A DNA stretch of 64,000 nucleotides from the NCBI RefSeq assembly GCF_009914755.1, contig NC_060941.1; one strand, 5' to 3'. Positions 1 to 30,610 of the stretch are shown one piece after another (the first letter of the stretch is position 1; every line of letters begins with the position of its first letter). Below the pieces are notes generated by a model, which was given only the letters and a program-made list of their open reading frames with translations, was not told where the DNA came from and did not search any database. The stretch comes from the human T2T-CHM13v2.0 reference genome, Homo sapiens. The position numbers and the translations under genes are program-made.

Positions 1-319
1 GCCACACTTGGCTTAATTCCAACTAGTGTAACTGCTGCCACCCAAGAAATAAGAGGGAGGTGTACTTCTGTAATTACCCCATTCCTCCTTGCCTATGGTG
101 CTGAAACAGATAAGCTCATTCATTAAAAAATGTTAAAAGAGGCAGGGAGGGCCTTTCAAAAGGCAGCATACTGGGGCAGAAAAAGCCTTGGGGAGTACAT
201 ATCAGAAAGCCTGGGTTCTAGGCCCATTGTGCTCTCCTCCTCCCCTCCGGGAGCTCCCTGTTACAATTCTGAAACTGCACAGGTACATGTATAAAACATA
301 CATAAGAAAGAAAAGATGA

Positions 320-908
<589 letters not shown>

Positions 909-2286
909 TTAGAAACAATCTTCAGTGTAGGAAGGCAAGTTTAACACTGAAACAGGTTTCAGATTTGGTTTTCTTCATAAAATAAACAACAAACCAAATA
1001 TGGAAATGTTCAAACAGAAAGAAGAGGTGCAAAAGGAGTTTTCAAGTTTTGCTAATGTGCACCAAGAAACACTATACTAATTAATAAAAACATCTATATA
1101 TAAAAATTAAACACCAATTAAATTCTCTATTAGATCAGATCTTGTTCAATAGTATTCAGTCCTCAAATCCCAGTGAGGCAACCACAGAATTCACTAATAT
1201 TGTAAGACAAGGCTCATTAATAAATCCATTAATAATTATTACCAAATCCAATTTATTTGAAAAATAATTCATACTAAAAAAGAAACATTTTATAAAACTT
1301 AAAAAAAAAAACTATCAAATCTCCATTTGTATCACCACTAATTCCTATTTATTTTATCCCTGAGGTCACAGTCACAAACTGGCCATGGAGCCCATGAGCC
1401 CACAAAAGTGTTTTGCAGCTATGCAGAGGACTTTTTTTTTTTAAAAAAACAAATCAGAGATTTCACATAAAACCCCATTATTTTGGGCTTTTCTTAAACA
1501 AGGGAGCAACTGTATATCCTGGAACACAGCCCCCATCTTAGGCATGGTCACCTCCTTCCCTTCCTTTACTGGATTTATCTTCATGTAGACTGCTGTGGCC
1601 ATACAATAAATTGGACTAATATTGAACCCAGCCAAGAAAATAATATTAATTGCCCATATTTTTACCTGCCCATAACACTTACCATTACCGTAAGTATATT
1701 TCTGATGACTCTCAGTTATCTACTTGATACATGTATATCTAAATCCAAGATCATTCCTATAAATGTGTATTTATTTATTTATTTATTCAACTTTTAAATT
1801 CAGGAGTACATGTGCATAAATATTTATTAATTCACAATTGCTTTATTTAAGGTCAATTTCCTTTCGGCTGTGGACTACTATAAAGTTACAGACTGTATGT
1901 GTAAGATAGACTGACAGATGAATCCACTCACTACAAATCAAATCAATCAAAACAACAATCCCAAATTTTACCTGATGATCATGCCTTTAGCTAAAAACCC
2001 TATTCTATCCCACAGTATAAAGCATATTATCATTTTTTGCACTGTGGACTTCTGGAAGCCCACTGTTAAACAGACACTTTCTTCATGTTGAGGTAAAATC
2101 AGTTTCCCTCTAACTGCTAGTTCCTGGGCCATATTCTGGCCAAAACTAACTTTGATACTACAAAAATGATTCATAGAATTCATGCCTGGTGTTTCTGAAT
2201 CCATGAATATTTTTAATTAAGAGTATGAGAGTAAACCTAAAAAAGCAAAGTCTACCTAAAGGTCAAAATCTACCTTGAACTTTGAT

Positions 2287-2583
<297 letters not shown>

Positions 2584-3068
2584 TGAACTTTTTAACTGAA
2601 GTTCAAACCATAGCCCAACTATCGACTGTGAACTAATGCTGATAAGAAAGTTCATTTCCACATGCAATGACCTATCTTTACTGAAATGTTATCAGTAGTC
2701 AGCATTAAACATCATTTATTAAGTGAAAAACTGCAGGATGGTTGTTTTGTATTATATGCTACCAAGCTTCCTTGCCAGAATTCATATAATAGGAGACTCA
2801 GCTGACAAAATTTCACTGATTAAATATTTATAAAATACATAATGTAAAATGAAATATTACATAATTTAAGGCACAACTGTAAACTTTCTTTCAATTGATA
2901 AGGAAAAAAACACCAAGCTTCAGTCAGCCAAAGTTTATGAACATTCAAAATTGTAAGAGAAATCAGGTTTTAATAAAGTTAAAATTATACCAGGATACAT
3001 TCAAAACTGAAAAGGGCATCGTCAAGTGGGGTTAAAGGCCTGTGCTGCCAGAGATGGTATGAGCTTAC

Positions 3069-3182
3069 CCGATTCTCATCATAAATAATTTGGACAATAC
3101 TGCGGTGTTTCTGCTCCACAGGAGGAGGGGACACGGGCTTCTCAGGCTCAGGAGGTTTAGCTGCCTCTTCTTCAAGCTGTTG
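3069..3182 (-). CDS. NCOR1: NCOR1 exon 6 (114 nt, aa 207-244)
   Basis: Translates [38 protein letters not shown]; acceptor tctcttag| (AG 3183-3184), donor CGG|gtaagc (GT 3067-3068); phase 0-0. Confidence 0.97.
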
Positions 3183-3440
3183 CTAAGAGATCCAGAAAGA
3201 AAGAGTCAAGCATGTGCTGCACACCACACCCAGCAGTGATTAACCACTGGAGATAACACAGGCTACTAAGCTTTGCTTGCAGATTCTGTAGGGTAACCAA
3301 TTAATCCATGAAGGTCTCATGGACCAAGAGCTCAAAGAGAATTAATCAGATTTATTTCATAACCAAACAACACAAATTTTCATTAGATAGAGTTTAAAAA
3401 AAAAAACTAAGAGGAAGCATCCTTTAAGATTTTAATTCTG

Positions 3441-3744
<304 letters not shown>

Positions 3745-4123
3745 GATTTTAATTCTGACAAACTTAAAGCAAAATAATAAGAGAAGTTAAATTTAATGAA
3801 GGTACTCTACATACCTCTATCACAATGACCTTTGACAGCACTGAAAAAACACTCTTATATGTTATAGATACACAGTATACATTAATATTTGCTGGGCAGA
3901 ATATGGTAGAAAGGAGATCAAGGGTTAACCCTTAACTCAGCATGGCACCATGCCACCCTCAACACCCAATCTTCATGTGTTACAGTGCTCCGGTCAAAGG
4001 GCAATCAACAAAATTACAAAAATATAGACTATTGGTGTGTGCAAGTATAAAGAAAAAGCTAACTGTATTACCGTGCCTGGGTTTGAGCCTCAGGGTCACC
4101 CTTTACAGGTGGTGTGATCCTAG

Positions 4124-4444
<321 letters not shown>

Positions 4445-4938
4445 TAACTCAATATTAAGCAAACACCTAAACTACTCATAAATAAGGTAGGGATAATAAT
4501 ACTACCTATCATACAGCTTTTTGAAAGGACTAAATGACTTAACGTATATATAAAGCATATTACAATTATAAATTGTAAATATTACCGAGTATTACTAGTG
4601 AAGCAAGCAGGGACTTGTCTGCTTTGTCCGCTGCTTTTTTTCAACACCTAAACCAGTGCCTGACACCTAGTTAATGCTTTAAAAATATCCACACGAATAA
4701 ATTTAGCATAAGTCCACTACCTAAGATGATAAAAGAAAAATTAGGTAAAGACAAATTAAGGTTAAGTCTAGTATAGTCTATAGGCAAAAATTATCTATAC
4801 TACTAAATAAGACTGATAGGCCGGGTGCAATGGCTCACACCTGTAATCCCAGCACTTTGGGAGGCCAAGACGGTAGATCACTTGAGCCCAGGAGTTCAAG
4901 ACCAGCCTAGCCAACATGGTGAAATTCCTGCTTTATTA

Positions 4939-5181
<243 letters not shown>

Positions 5182-5191
5182 CTACCAAGAG

Positions 5192-5258
5192 GGAGTTTCT
5201 GAACCTATTCTGGCTCAGGAGGCTGCCCAATTCGAAAAAAATTTAAAAAAATAATAAT
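5192..5258 (+). mobile_element. Short A-tailed LTR-derived fragment (MER57/MER4-group-like)
   Basis: ctgaacctattctggctcaggaggctgcccaattcg resembles an ERV1 LTR R region; A-rich tail; degenerate TSD. Confidence 0.55.
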
Positions 5259-5529
5259 AAATAGCCACCAGGAGAGTCTAAACTGTAAGGAACACTTCCA
5301 CTTTGGAATTATAAGTACTCTTGCAGTCTGTTATCTGTACAAGCAAAAGAAAGATATTTGAAATTCTGAGATCATTTTTATGGTAAAGGGTTCTTCAATG
5401 ATTCCCTTTCTTTCCTGCTTAGAGGGCCTTCTTTTAGAATCCTTGTTAAGGAATAAACAAATCACACTTTGTTCTTAGTACCCAAATAGCCCTGGGACAA
5501 AACCATTATAATTCAAAGGCTAAAAGCAA

Positions 5530-5538
5530 ACACACACA

Positions 5539-5583
<45 letters not shown>
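5530..5583. repeat. (CA)n microsatellite
   Basis: Direct read. Confidence 0.95.
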
Positions 5584-5585
<2 letters not shown>

Positions 5586-5619
5586 CCTCACCTGTTTTTG
5601 TTTTTGTTTTTGTTTTTGA

Positions 5620-5733
<114 letters not shown>

Positions 5734-6279
5734 TAGCTGGGATTACAGGCACCCGCCACCACACTCAGCTAATTTTTTGTATTTTTAGTAGAGGTGGGGT
5801 TTTGCCATGTTGGCCAGGCTGGTCTGGAACTCCTGACCTCAGGTGATCTGGCCTGCCTCGGCCTCCCAAAGTGCTGGGATTACAGGTTGAGCCACCGAGC
5901 CTGGCCCTGTTTGTTCTTTTACATTAACTTTACAATGTATTTGCCATGTTTTAAAAATAAATTTAATTGAAATTTTATTGAAATTGTGTGAGACATGATT
6001 TAGTCCAAGATGAACACAGAACATTATTATCACTGTTTCCATCCAGCTATGGCATATTTCTTTGTTTTCTCTAGTTGTCTTTTATATCTCTCAATAAAAT
6101 GTGTGGCTCTGGTACATTTCATAATAATCATACATTATATTTCATTATTTCTAATTATTATAGTGGATTGCATGTACATTTACTATGTACCAGATATTAT
6201 GCAATATATTCATTATCTCAATTCATAAAACAATCATGTGATTTAGTTGGTGTTATTACTAGATTATTACCATTGTACA

Positions 6280-9240
<2,961 letters not shown>

Positions 9241-9289
9241 TAGGGAGACAAACATACATTCTTAGAATATATTAAGCAAAGACATTTAC

Positions 9290-9472
9290 TTGTTTCTTTT
9301 TCAGTTTAAGGATCTGCTGTTCTACTTTTGCAATTTCTCGATCTACACGATCCATACTCTGTATTAACTCTTCCTTTGAGAGTTTTGAAGGTGAAGCATT
9401 TTGATCATCTCCACATGGTTGCCCCGAAATTGGAGAGGATGGAGCTTCATGTTTGCCTCCGAATGCTGGATC
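9290..9472 (-). CDS. NCOR1: NCOR1 exon 5 (183 nt, aa 146-206; GPS2-binding coiled-coil region of RD1)
   Basis: Translates DPAFGGKHEAPSSPISGQPCGDDQNASPSKLSKEELIQSMDRVDREIAKVEQQILKLKKKQ; AG 9473-9474, donor CAA|gtaaat. Confidence 0.97.
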
Positions 9473-10709
9473 CTTTAGAGAATAAAACCAAGAAAAACAA
9501 TTTATTTCTCACTAATAGAGTCCAGATTGCCTTAAATGAAAAAGTCAGTTTTAAACCACAGCAGAGCCATGTGTACTATTTGTCTAATGAAACTTTTAGT
9601 AGTAACTTTCATATTCACATACATGCAAATTCTCACCTCACTTTTATAGTTTAGATATACCATGTACTATTTTGAAGACCCTAAAAGCTATACAAAGTGA
9701 GGTGAGTTAGTGTTGATCAGCCTCTAGTATAACAATACTGAAATTATAGAGAATTTATAGGTAAATAATGCAATCATGACAAAGGAAGATACCAACTTCT
9801 CAGCCATTTCCTTGCAACGGCTCTTCAAATGGTCTGAACAACTGGCTGGGAAATAGTATTATTCCAGGTAAAACCTGTGTGTCCACCCAACTTAACAACT
9901 ATAACATGGCCAAGTGTTCCTATCAAAAGTTTTTAGGCTTTCCAAACCAAAACTGAGGTACACAAGTCAGAGAAGTGACCTAGGAACTTCAGTTGCTACT
10001 ATCTCTAGGCCTACTTTCATAAAGCCCACACTACAGCATACATAACATTTCCTTAGCCAAAAACATCCCATTGTGCCTCCAAATCAGCAGAGCTGTAGCA
10101 GAATGAAAGCCGCTTCACCCAAAATCCACTACCCTCCAACACACATCCACACACACCCTATTAATTTCCAGTCTGCTGTAAAGACATAAGCAATATTATA
10201 AAACAGATAAATTTTAGAGTACTAATTTTACTTAGACTATGAGAAACCTACAATGAGGGTAGTTCACAGGATTACAGAACCCTAAAATGTATTAAATAAT
10301 GATTAAGGAACTGTGAAAAGTCAATAGTTCTGAGTCAAGAATGCATACAAGAGATAACTGGACAGTTGCTTCAAAACACCTTAGTACAGATATTTCAGCT
10401 AATATACACTGATGAAAAGCCTCATATTCTCTAATAGTATGCGCTGAATCTAAGAGGCCTTCTGGGAAAATAAGATTATGGCTATACCCTAAAACCTGTA
10501 CAATTCTGTAAGGAAAACACCAATAAAAGCAATAACAACTCTAATAGACTTAATAGAATTAAAGCTCCAGTATCCTTTGCATCTGGCATACAGTCAATCT
10601 TTGGCAGCTTTAAGCCCTAGAGTTTATGATTCCTCTCTTAAGATGTAAATCCTTGAGGTCATTGGCTTCCAAAATAAACCAGTATGTTTCATCTAAATAA
10701 AATATCAGT

Positions 10710-13298
<2,589 letters not shown>

Positions 13299-13519
13299 TC
13301 ACAACACCGTACTTCTGAACAAACAGGTAACCTAAATGTATGACAATTGATTAAATAATTTTATTTAATCAATGAACTTTATTTATGCATATGTGGAATA
13401 CTAAGTAGCCACTAACAATACAGTTGTAAACCTATTGGCACAAAAAGAAGCTAAGCACGTATTTAAGCAAAAGTAAGTTAAACAGAATGTACAAAGGGGG
13501 CACATTAAAATATTCATAC

Positions 13520-13630
13520 GGGCTGACTCTGGACACACTGCCTTATGGGTTAGCCCTGTTCCACAAGGAGCAGCAAAAAAACAACAACAACAACAAAAAA
13601 CCCATAAAATTAAATAAAATTAAAATTAAA
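13520..13630 (+). mobile_element. Short A-tailed LTR-derived fragment (MER41-like)
   Basis: actctggacacactgccttatgggttagccctgttccacaaggagcag resembles the MER41 R region; A-rich tail; degenerate TSD. Confidence 0.65.
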
Positions 13631-14413
13631 ATAATACACATACAAATAGGGAAGAATCAACATGAAAATGTTAATAACTTTTAAATGGTAAACTGTAGGT
13701 AATTTTTTCTTTCAAGCTTATTTAACTCTTCTATAAATGATATACCTAGGCTTAACATTTAACAAAAAATCTAACAAATGTTAGTTCTTTTTAAATCCTT
13801 ACTTCTGGAGGTGGGCAGTTGGGAGAGAATGGGGAGAGGGAGATGGAAGGAGAAGTATTAGTTAGTAGAAGTAGTCATGGTTTACACTTTAGGGGAAAAA
13901 AAGCAGGACTAGAGTCGGGGTCCTGGGTTAATTTCAACTCAGGAGTTACTAACCTAGGTCACTTAATTTTTCTGAACACCCAGTTTCTCAACTATAACAT
14001 GGAAATGGGTCACACTACAACACAACACGTCCCATTTTAATGAATGAGTTTTTAAGACACTTTTCTGCTAAAAAACAAAATTCTATAGTTACAAATTACA
14101 TTTGTGGTAATGTATTCAGCCATGGAAGATGACCTTTATTCACTATATTTTTAAATTTCTTTTTTTTAATGCAGCAGAACATTTCTTATAAACCCCACAG
14201 ACTACTGTATGATAAAGATGATTCACATGATAAGGTGGGTCACAAAACACCTAGAAGCTTAGCTAATTTCTAGCTTACGGCAAAGAATTTTTCCCCATCC
14301 AACTTACTATTTTGAAAAATTTCAAATTTACTTAAAAGTTGAAGGAACAATATAATGGACACTCATTTATCCTTCATCTAGATTCACCAGTAGTTAACAT
14401 TTTAACATATTTG

Positions 14414-14418
<5 letters not shown>

Positions 14419-14449
<31 letters not shown>
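14419..14449. repeat. (TG)n microsatellite
   Basis: Direct read. Confidence 0.95.
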
Positions 14450-14452
<3 letters not shown>

Positions 14453-14863
14453 ACTTCATTTTGGCTGAACTATTTGAAAATAAATTGTAGATACATTTAC
14501 TATCTTTTAAATTACTCTTCATTGCATAAAACTCAAAGAAAATGTGTGGGTACTTATTTATCTGGTATCAGGGAAGAAAGGGCAATTAGGCATAAAGGTT
14601 AATAAACACAGAAAAAAGATTTGATGGCAGTAAAAACATTTTAAACTTCAGTATGCTTTAAAAAAAGAAAAACTGAAACAAAAAGACACTGGGAAAAATA
14701 TTAGCGTATGTTGGTAAAAAGGTTAACACTTTACTGTTAAGAGTTTTTAAAATTAATTTATTCTTTCTATGACAAATATTTATTCTGTATCTACTAAGTG
14801 TCAGGCACTTCCTAATCTGCAGAATTAATAATAAGCAAAGCAGAGTTGAAAAAGGTAAACATA

Positions 14864-17531
<2,668 letters not shown>

Positions 17532-17599
17532 TGAATGCTAAATTCTGTAAAATTATTATACTTCAAAATTTTAAATCTCATTCAACACATAGAATTCCA

Positions 17600-19350
<1,751 letters not shown>

Positions 19351-19396
19351 AAAAAAAAACCTAACAGCAAATTTTCACATAAAGAAATCTTTGTAG

Positions 19397-20879
<1,483 letters not shown>

Positions 20880-22238
20880 TCTTTCAGTTTTAGATGCTAT
20901 AATTGCTCAGTGCTTTCATGTCTAAGAAAATCTGCCTGTTGTTTTTATTGTTAAACTGTCTGGTATAATATTCTTGAATATCAATTTCTTTTACTCAGAA
21001 CTTTGTAGCTACTGCTTCACTATTTTCTGTCACTCAATTCTGCTATGTAGAAGTTTGTAGCCTGACTCTTCCACCTTGTGGAGCATTTATTTTGTTTCCT
21101 GAATTCCTAGTTCTTTTACTTATCCTTGAAATTTAATTCCTCAACCATGATCTGTCTTGGTATGGATCATTCTTTCTGTATAAATTTTCCTGGAACAAGA
21201 TATGTTTTATCAATCTGTAGAATCTATCAATTCTTCCTTAACTTTATGGGGAATTTCTGTATTATGAATATTATTACTGTTCCTTTACCAGGTTTTCCAC
21301 CTCAAAAACATGTTCTTATAGTATACTGGATGATCTTTATTTGTCCTCCCTACAAGTTCTTTCTAATTGTCTTAATCTTTGTCCTTTTCTTCTGCACTCA
21401 CTCTAATTATATCAAGACTTTGTTCTAAGACAAGGTTTACCTTAAGCCACATCTACTTTATTCCTTTTCTTTCTAATTTTATATCTTCAGGGCACTCAAA
21501 TGTCTGAACTACATTTAGCCCATCTGGCTGTCTTATCATTTTGTTTTTGAATACTTCATTATTTAAGTTCTTTTATAGAAGAAATATAGAAATATAGAAC
21601 TTATTTATATTATTAAGTTCTTTTATAGTGCATAGCACTTACGAGGCATGCTCTTTATGTTTCTTACACGTGGCGATTTTATTTTTGGCATACTATGTTG
21701 CTTTAATTTTCTTTTCCAGGAATATATTCGCCTCATTTGTGCCATTCCCCACCCTCCTGCTCAGGTACATTGTGGCAGCCTTTCTCTTTGGCGTGGGATA
21801 GTCTGGGTGGGTTCTCCTTGATTGTTCCCACTTTTTCTGGCATGTAGTCATCTTCTCTGCAAATGGAAGAATAGGTATGGCTTTCTAAATACTGTTCTAT
21901 GGCCCGAGGGAACATGTAAGTGGGGCAAAGGAAGAAAAATCTTGGTTAGGGCTGTAACTGCCTCTGCTAAGGACTCTGGCCCCCTCTACCAGCCAGACAT
22001 GTAGACCACTCCAGAGGGTTCTGGCTCATCACTTTACAGAATGGCACATCCCAACTGTCCTTTCTGCAGCTGTTGAGAAACCAGGATGGCATAATGGGAA
22101 TTCTCAAGCAAACCATTCACCACCACCAATTGAAATTTTCTCCAATCAAAGAATATTCATGAGAAATCCTAGGATTTCACTAACTTACTTTCTTCGATAC
22201 TGCTTTTTTTTAATTTTCTTTTTAAAAAACTCATGTTC

Positions 22239-24293
<2,055 letters not shown>

Positions 24294-24436
24294 ACCTCAA
24301 TAAAATATTAACAAACTGAATTCAACAACACATCACGAAGATTACAAACCACTAGCAAGTGGGACATATCCCTGGCATGCAAGGCTGGTTTAACATACAC
24401 AAATCAATCAATGGGATATATCATATTAAGAGAAGT

Positions 24437-26024
<1,588 letters not shown>

Positions 26025-26029
26025 TATGT

Positions 26030-26125
26030 AAATGTAAAAATCATTCTTAACTTGAGGGCTCTACAAAAACAGGACAGACAGGATATGGTCAGTACCAACT
26101 AGCCTTAGTTTGGCAACCTCTGTCC
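26030..26125. mobile_element. MER58-like (hAT-Charlie) terminal fragment
   Basis: aaaaatcattctta...tacaaaaacagg...tagtttggcaacctctg resembles one end of MER58. Confidence 0.6.
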
Positions 26126-26743
26126 TAGATAATAAAAAAAGTGAAAAACAGCAAACAAATAAAACTAAACCTCTAGTGCTACAAAAGAACAATTTGAAAT
26201 GATCATGTCAATACTGAAAAAAGAGAATGGCAAAAGTATGGGTAACAAACTTTTTTTTTTCCAAACCAAGTGGTTTCTAATTCTTTACTTTTGTATCAAA
26301 GGAGAAACTATTTTTTAGCTGAAAGATCAAAAAAAATAATTTTAGATATCAGATCACTGTGATTGTTGGTCTAGAAATTGGAAGGCACTCAGAGAATTAA
26401 GCAAAATTGCAGCTACAAAATTTATTCCATTTCTACCTGCTTAGATGAACAATATTCATAGTCTATAAAAAATAAAAATTGGAATAGTATTCACATAGAA
26501 GCCTGCCTGTTTCCAGTAATTAGTACTCAAAAATTACAATAATTGGGGGAAGGGAAACCAGTCCTTTCTTATTAAAAGGTATGTTTTCAGTAAGATTTTA
26601 CTTTTTGCTTTTAAGAATAATGTAATAAAATGTATACATATATTTATGCTTTTTTGTTCAATGATCTACTACTACTAATTGTCATAACTTAATCCAGAGT
26701 AAAACTTTTAAACACTCAGGGCCTAAAATCACAGAAAACTTAA

Positions 26744-27062
<319 letters not shown>

Positions 27063-27459
27063 AAAATTTCTATATGTATTTGTAGTAGAAATATATGAAA
27101 GTGATCAGTAAAATGCTATTAAGAATAAACATATTAGCAAAAAATTTTTACTGGAGAAGAAAAGAAATAAAAATTCAAGGAGAAAAAAAGGACAATATAA
27201 AGTTTCCTACTGGTAAAAAGAAGAGAAGTAAAAACAAAAACAAAACACGTCATCTTAACTGATGCAGAAAAAGCATTCAAAAAGTCCAAAATCTTTTCTT
27301 GACTTAAAAAACTCAACAGTTTAGGAAAAGAAGGAAAGTTCCTTAACATAATAAAGGCCATTTGTGAAAATTCCACAACTAACATCATAATCAATAGGGA
27401 AATACTGAAAGATTTTCCACTAAGATACCATGAAAGGTAAGGATCGGATCCTTTTCCCA

Positions 27460-27517
27460 TCTAGTACTATGTTGATTAGAAGCAGTGGCAAACGCTTCTA
27501 ATCAACATAGTACTAGA
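27460..27517. repeat. Perfect 24-bp inverted repeat, 10-nt loop
   Basis: tctagtactatgttgattagaagc (27460-27483) / gcttctaatcaacatagtactaga (27494-27517). Confidence 0.95.
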
Positions 27518-30162
27518 AGTACTAGCAAGAGCAATCAAACAAAAAAAAAAAAAAAGAAAAGAAAAAAAAGAAAAGAAATAAAAGGCATCCAGTCAGAAAG
27601 GAAAAAGTAAAAATATCTTTATTTGCAGATGACACAATCCTATGTATAAAAGTTCCCCAAGATTCTACACATTAAAAAAAAAAACTGTTAGAATAAATGA
27701 ATCCAGTAAAGTTGCAGGATACAAAATCAACAGCAGTTTTATATACAAGTAACAACCTAACTGAAAAAGAAATCAAGGAAACAATTTATGACAGAGTTCT
27801 AAAAGACATTTAAATAAATTTACTTGGTTAAATAAATTTAACCAAGGAGGTGAAAGATCTGTATATTGAAAACTATAAAACACTGATTAAAAAACTGAAG
27901 ACACAAATAAATGAAGAGATATCCTGTGCTCATGGATCAAAAGAATGTTGCAAAAATGTCCACACAACCCAAAGAAATATACAGTACAGATTCAACACAA
28001 TTCTTATTAAAATCCCAATGGGGTTTTTCACAGAAATAGAAAAAACAACCCTAAAATTCACATGGAAGTATAAAAGACCCCCAATAGCAAAATCAATTCT
28101 GAAAAAGAAAAACAAAGAGACATCACACTTCCTGATTTAAAATTGTACTACCAAGTTACAGTAATCAAAACAATATGGTATTGGCATAAAAATAGACACA
28201 CTGATCAGTAGAAAAGAATAGAAAGCCCAGAAATAAATCTAAACATATGGCCGCCTAACTTTTGACAAGGGAACCACAGCAACACAGTGGGGAAAGGGTA
28301 GTCTCTTCAATAATGCTGGGAAAACTAGATATCCAGATGCAAAGGAATGAAATTAGACCCTTGTTTTACAGCATATACAAAAATCAACTCAAAATGGATA
28401 AAATACTTAAATATAAGATCAGAAACTATAAAAGTCCTGCAAGAGAACGTAGGGAGAAAAGCTCTGGGACACCGACCTTGGCAATGATTTTTTGCATATC
28501 AAGAGGTCAGGCCACAAAAGCACAAATATATAAATGGGACTACATCAAACTAAAAAGCTTCTGAAAACAACAAAATGAGTCAGCAGCCTGTAGACACAGA
28601 AAACATATTTGTAAACTATGCATCTGCTAAGGAATTAATATCCAGAATTTATAAAGAACTCATAAAACTCAATAGCAGAAAAACAAATAACCTGATTTTA
28701 AAATGGGCAGAAGATCTGAATAGACATTTCTCAAAAGAAAACGTAAAAATCACCAACAGGTATATGAAAAGATGTTCAGTATCATTAGTCATCAGGGAAC
28801 TGTATATTAAAAGCACTATGAGATATTCTCACACCCATTAGGATGCCTATTACCAAAAAAAGTCAAAAGATAACAAATATTAATGAGGGCATGAAGAAAA
28901 GAGAACTCTTGTACACTGCTGGTGGTAACGTAAATTAGTACAACCATTATGGAAAACAGTATGAAAGTTCCTAAAGCAATTAAAAATAGAACTACCACAT
29001 GACCCCACAATCCTTCTTCTGGATATATACCCAAGGGAAATGAAATCACCATCTTGTAAAGGTAAATGCACTCCCATGTTATTGCAGCTAATTATTCACA
29101 ATAGCCAAGATATAAAAACAATCTAAGTGTTTGTCAATGAATGAATCATAAAGAAACTGTGGTATATATACACTATGGAATATTATTCAACCCTAAAAAA
29201 AAATGAGATCTTGCCATCCACAACATGGATAAGCCTGAAGGACATTATGCTATGTGAAATAAACCTGACACAGAAAGTAAAATATTGCATGATTTCGCTT
29301 ATATGTGGAATCTTAAACAAAAAAAAAAAAAAAAAAAAGGAACTATACAAAGAGAACAAAACAGTGCTAACAGTGGTTACCAGGGGCAGGGGGTGGAAAG
29401 AAAATGGGGAGACGAAAGTCAGAGGATGTAAAGTAGCAGACACATAGAATGAAAAAGTCTAGATTTCTTATGTACAACATGAGGACTACAGATAATAATA
29501 TAGTGCTGTATCTGGGATTCATGATAAATGAGTAGATTTTAGTCGGTCCAGCCACAAAAGCAAAAATAAAAACAAAAGCAAAAATAAATAACTTTGTGAG
29601 ATGATGGATATGCTAATTTGCTTCACCATAGTGACCTTTTTATTATCTATACGTATCCCATAACATCATGTTGTATGCCTTAAATACACACAATTTAAAA
29701 AAAAAAATTCTGGCGAGGTGCAGTGGCTCATGCCTATGATCCCAACACTTTGAGAGGCCAAAGCGGGCAGATCACTTGAGGCCCAGAATTCAAGACCAGC
29801 CTGGTCAACACGGCAAAACCCCATCTCTACTAAAAACACAAAAGTTAGCTGGGTGTGGTGTGTATGCCTGTAATCCCAGCTATTTAGGAGGCTGAGGCAT
29901 GAGAATCACTTGAACCCTGGAGACGGAGGTTGCAGTGAGCTGAGATCATGCCACTGCACTCCAGCCTGGGTGACAAGAGTGAGACTCTTTCTCAAAAAAA
30001 AAAAAAAAAAAAAAAAAAAGAATTAACTATTTTGGGAGGTAGGGGTGGGTGGATCACTTGAGCTCAGGAGTTCAAGACTAGCCTGGGCAACATGGCGAAA
30101 TCCTATCTCTACAAAAAATACAAAAAATTAGCCAGGACTGGGAGACTAAGGTGGGAGAATCA

Positions 30163-30279
<117 letters not shown>

Positions 30280-30459
30280 TCAGAATGAGAATGAAGTAAA
30301 AGAAAGCAGAGATGGTAAGGACACTCAGGAAAAAGAGAACCCACCATGCATGTACAGGACCTACATTATCTGACAGAATATTTACTATCAGTTGAGGACA
30401 ATGCCACTATTATCTCCATTTTTATAGGAGGGAAAACTAAAGCTTGAAGAGTTGAGATC

Positions 30460-30610
30460 AGTGACTGGCAACCCTAGCTGCAAATCAGAATTACCGGAAA
30501 AACTTCGGCGATAAAATAAAGCCTGGGCCCAACTCCAGAGATTGATTTAAGTGTTTTGTGATGAGGCTTGGGCATCCCAAGGGGTTCTAATGTGCAGCCC
30601 AAGTCTATAG
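30460..30610. mobile_element. MER5-like DNA transposon relic within a MIR-like context
   Basis: tcagaattacc...cctgggcccc.actccagagatt...ttctaatgtgcagcc. Confidence 0.55.

Noticed and set aside
27850-29447. ORFs resembling L1 ORF2p
   Set aside because: Frameshifted fragments of a dead L1MA
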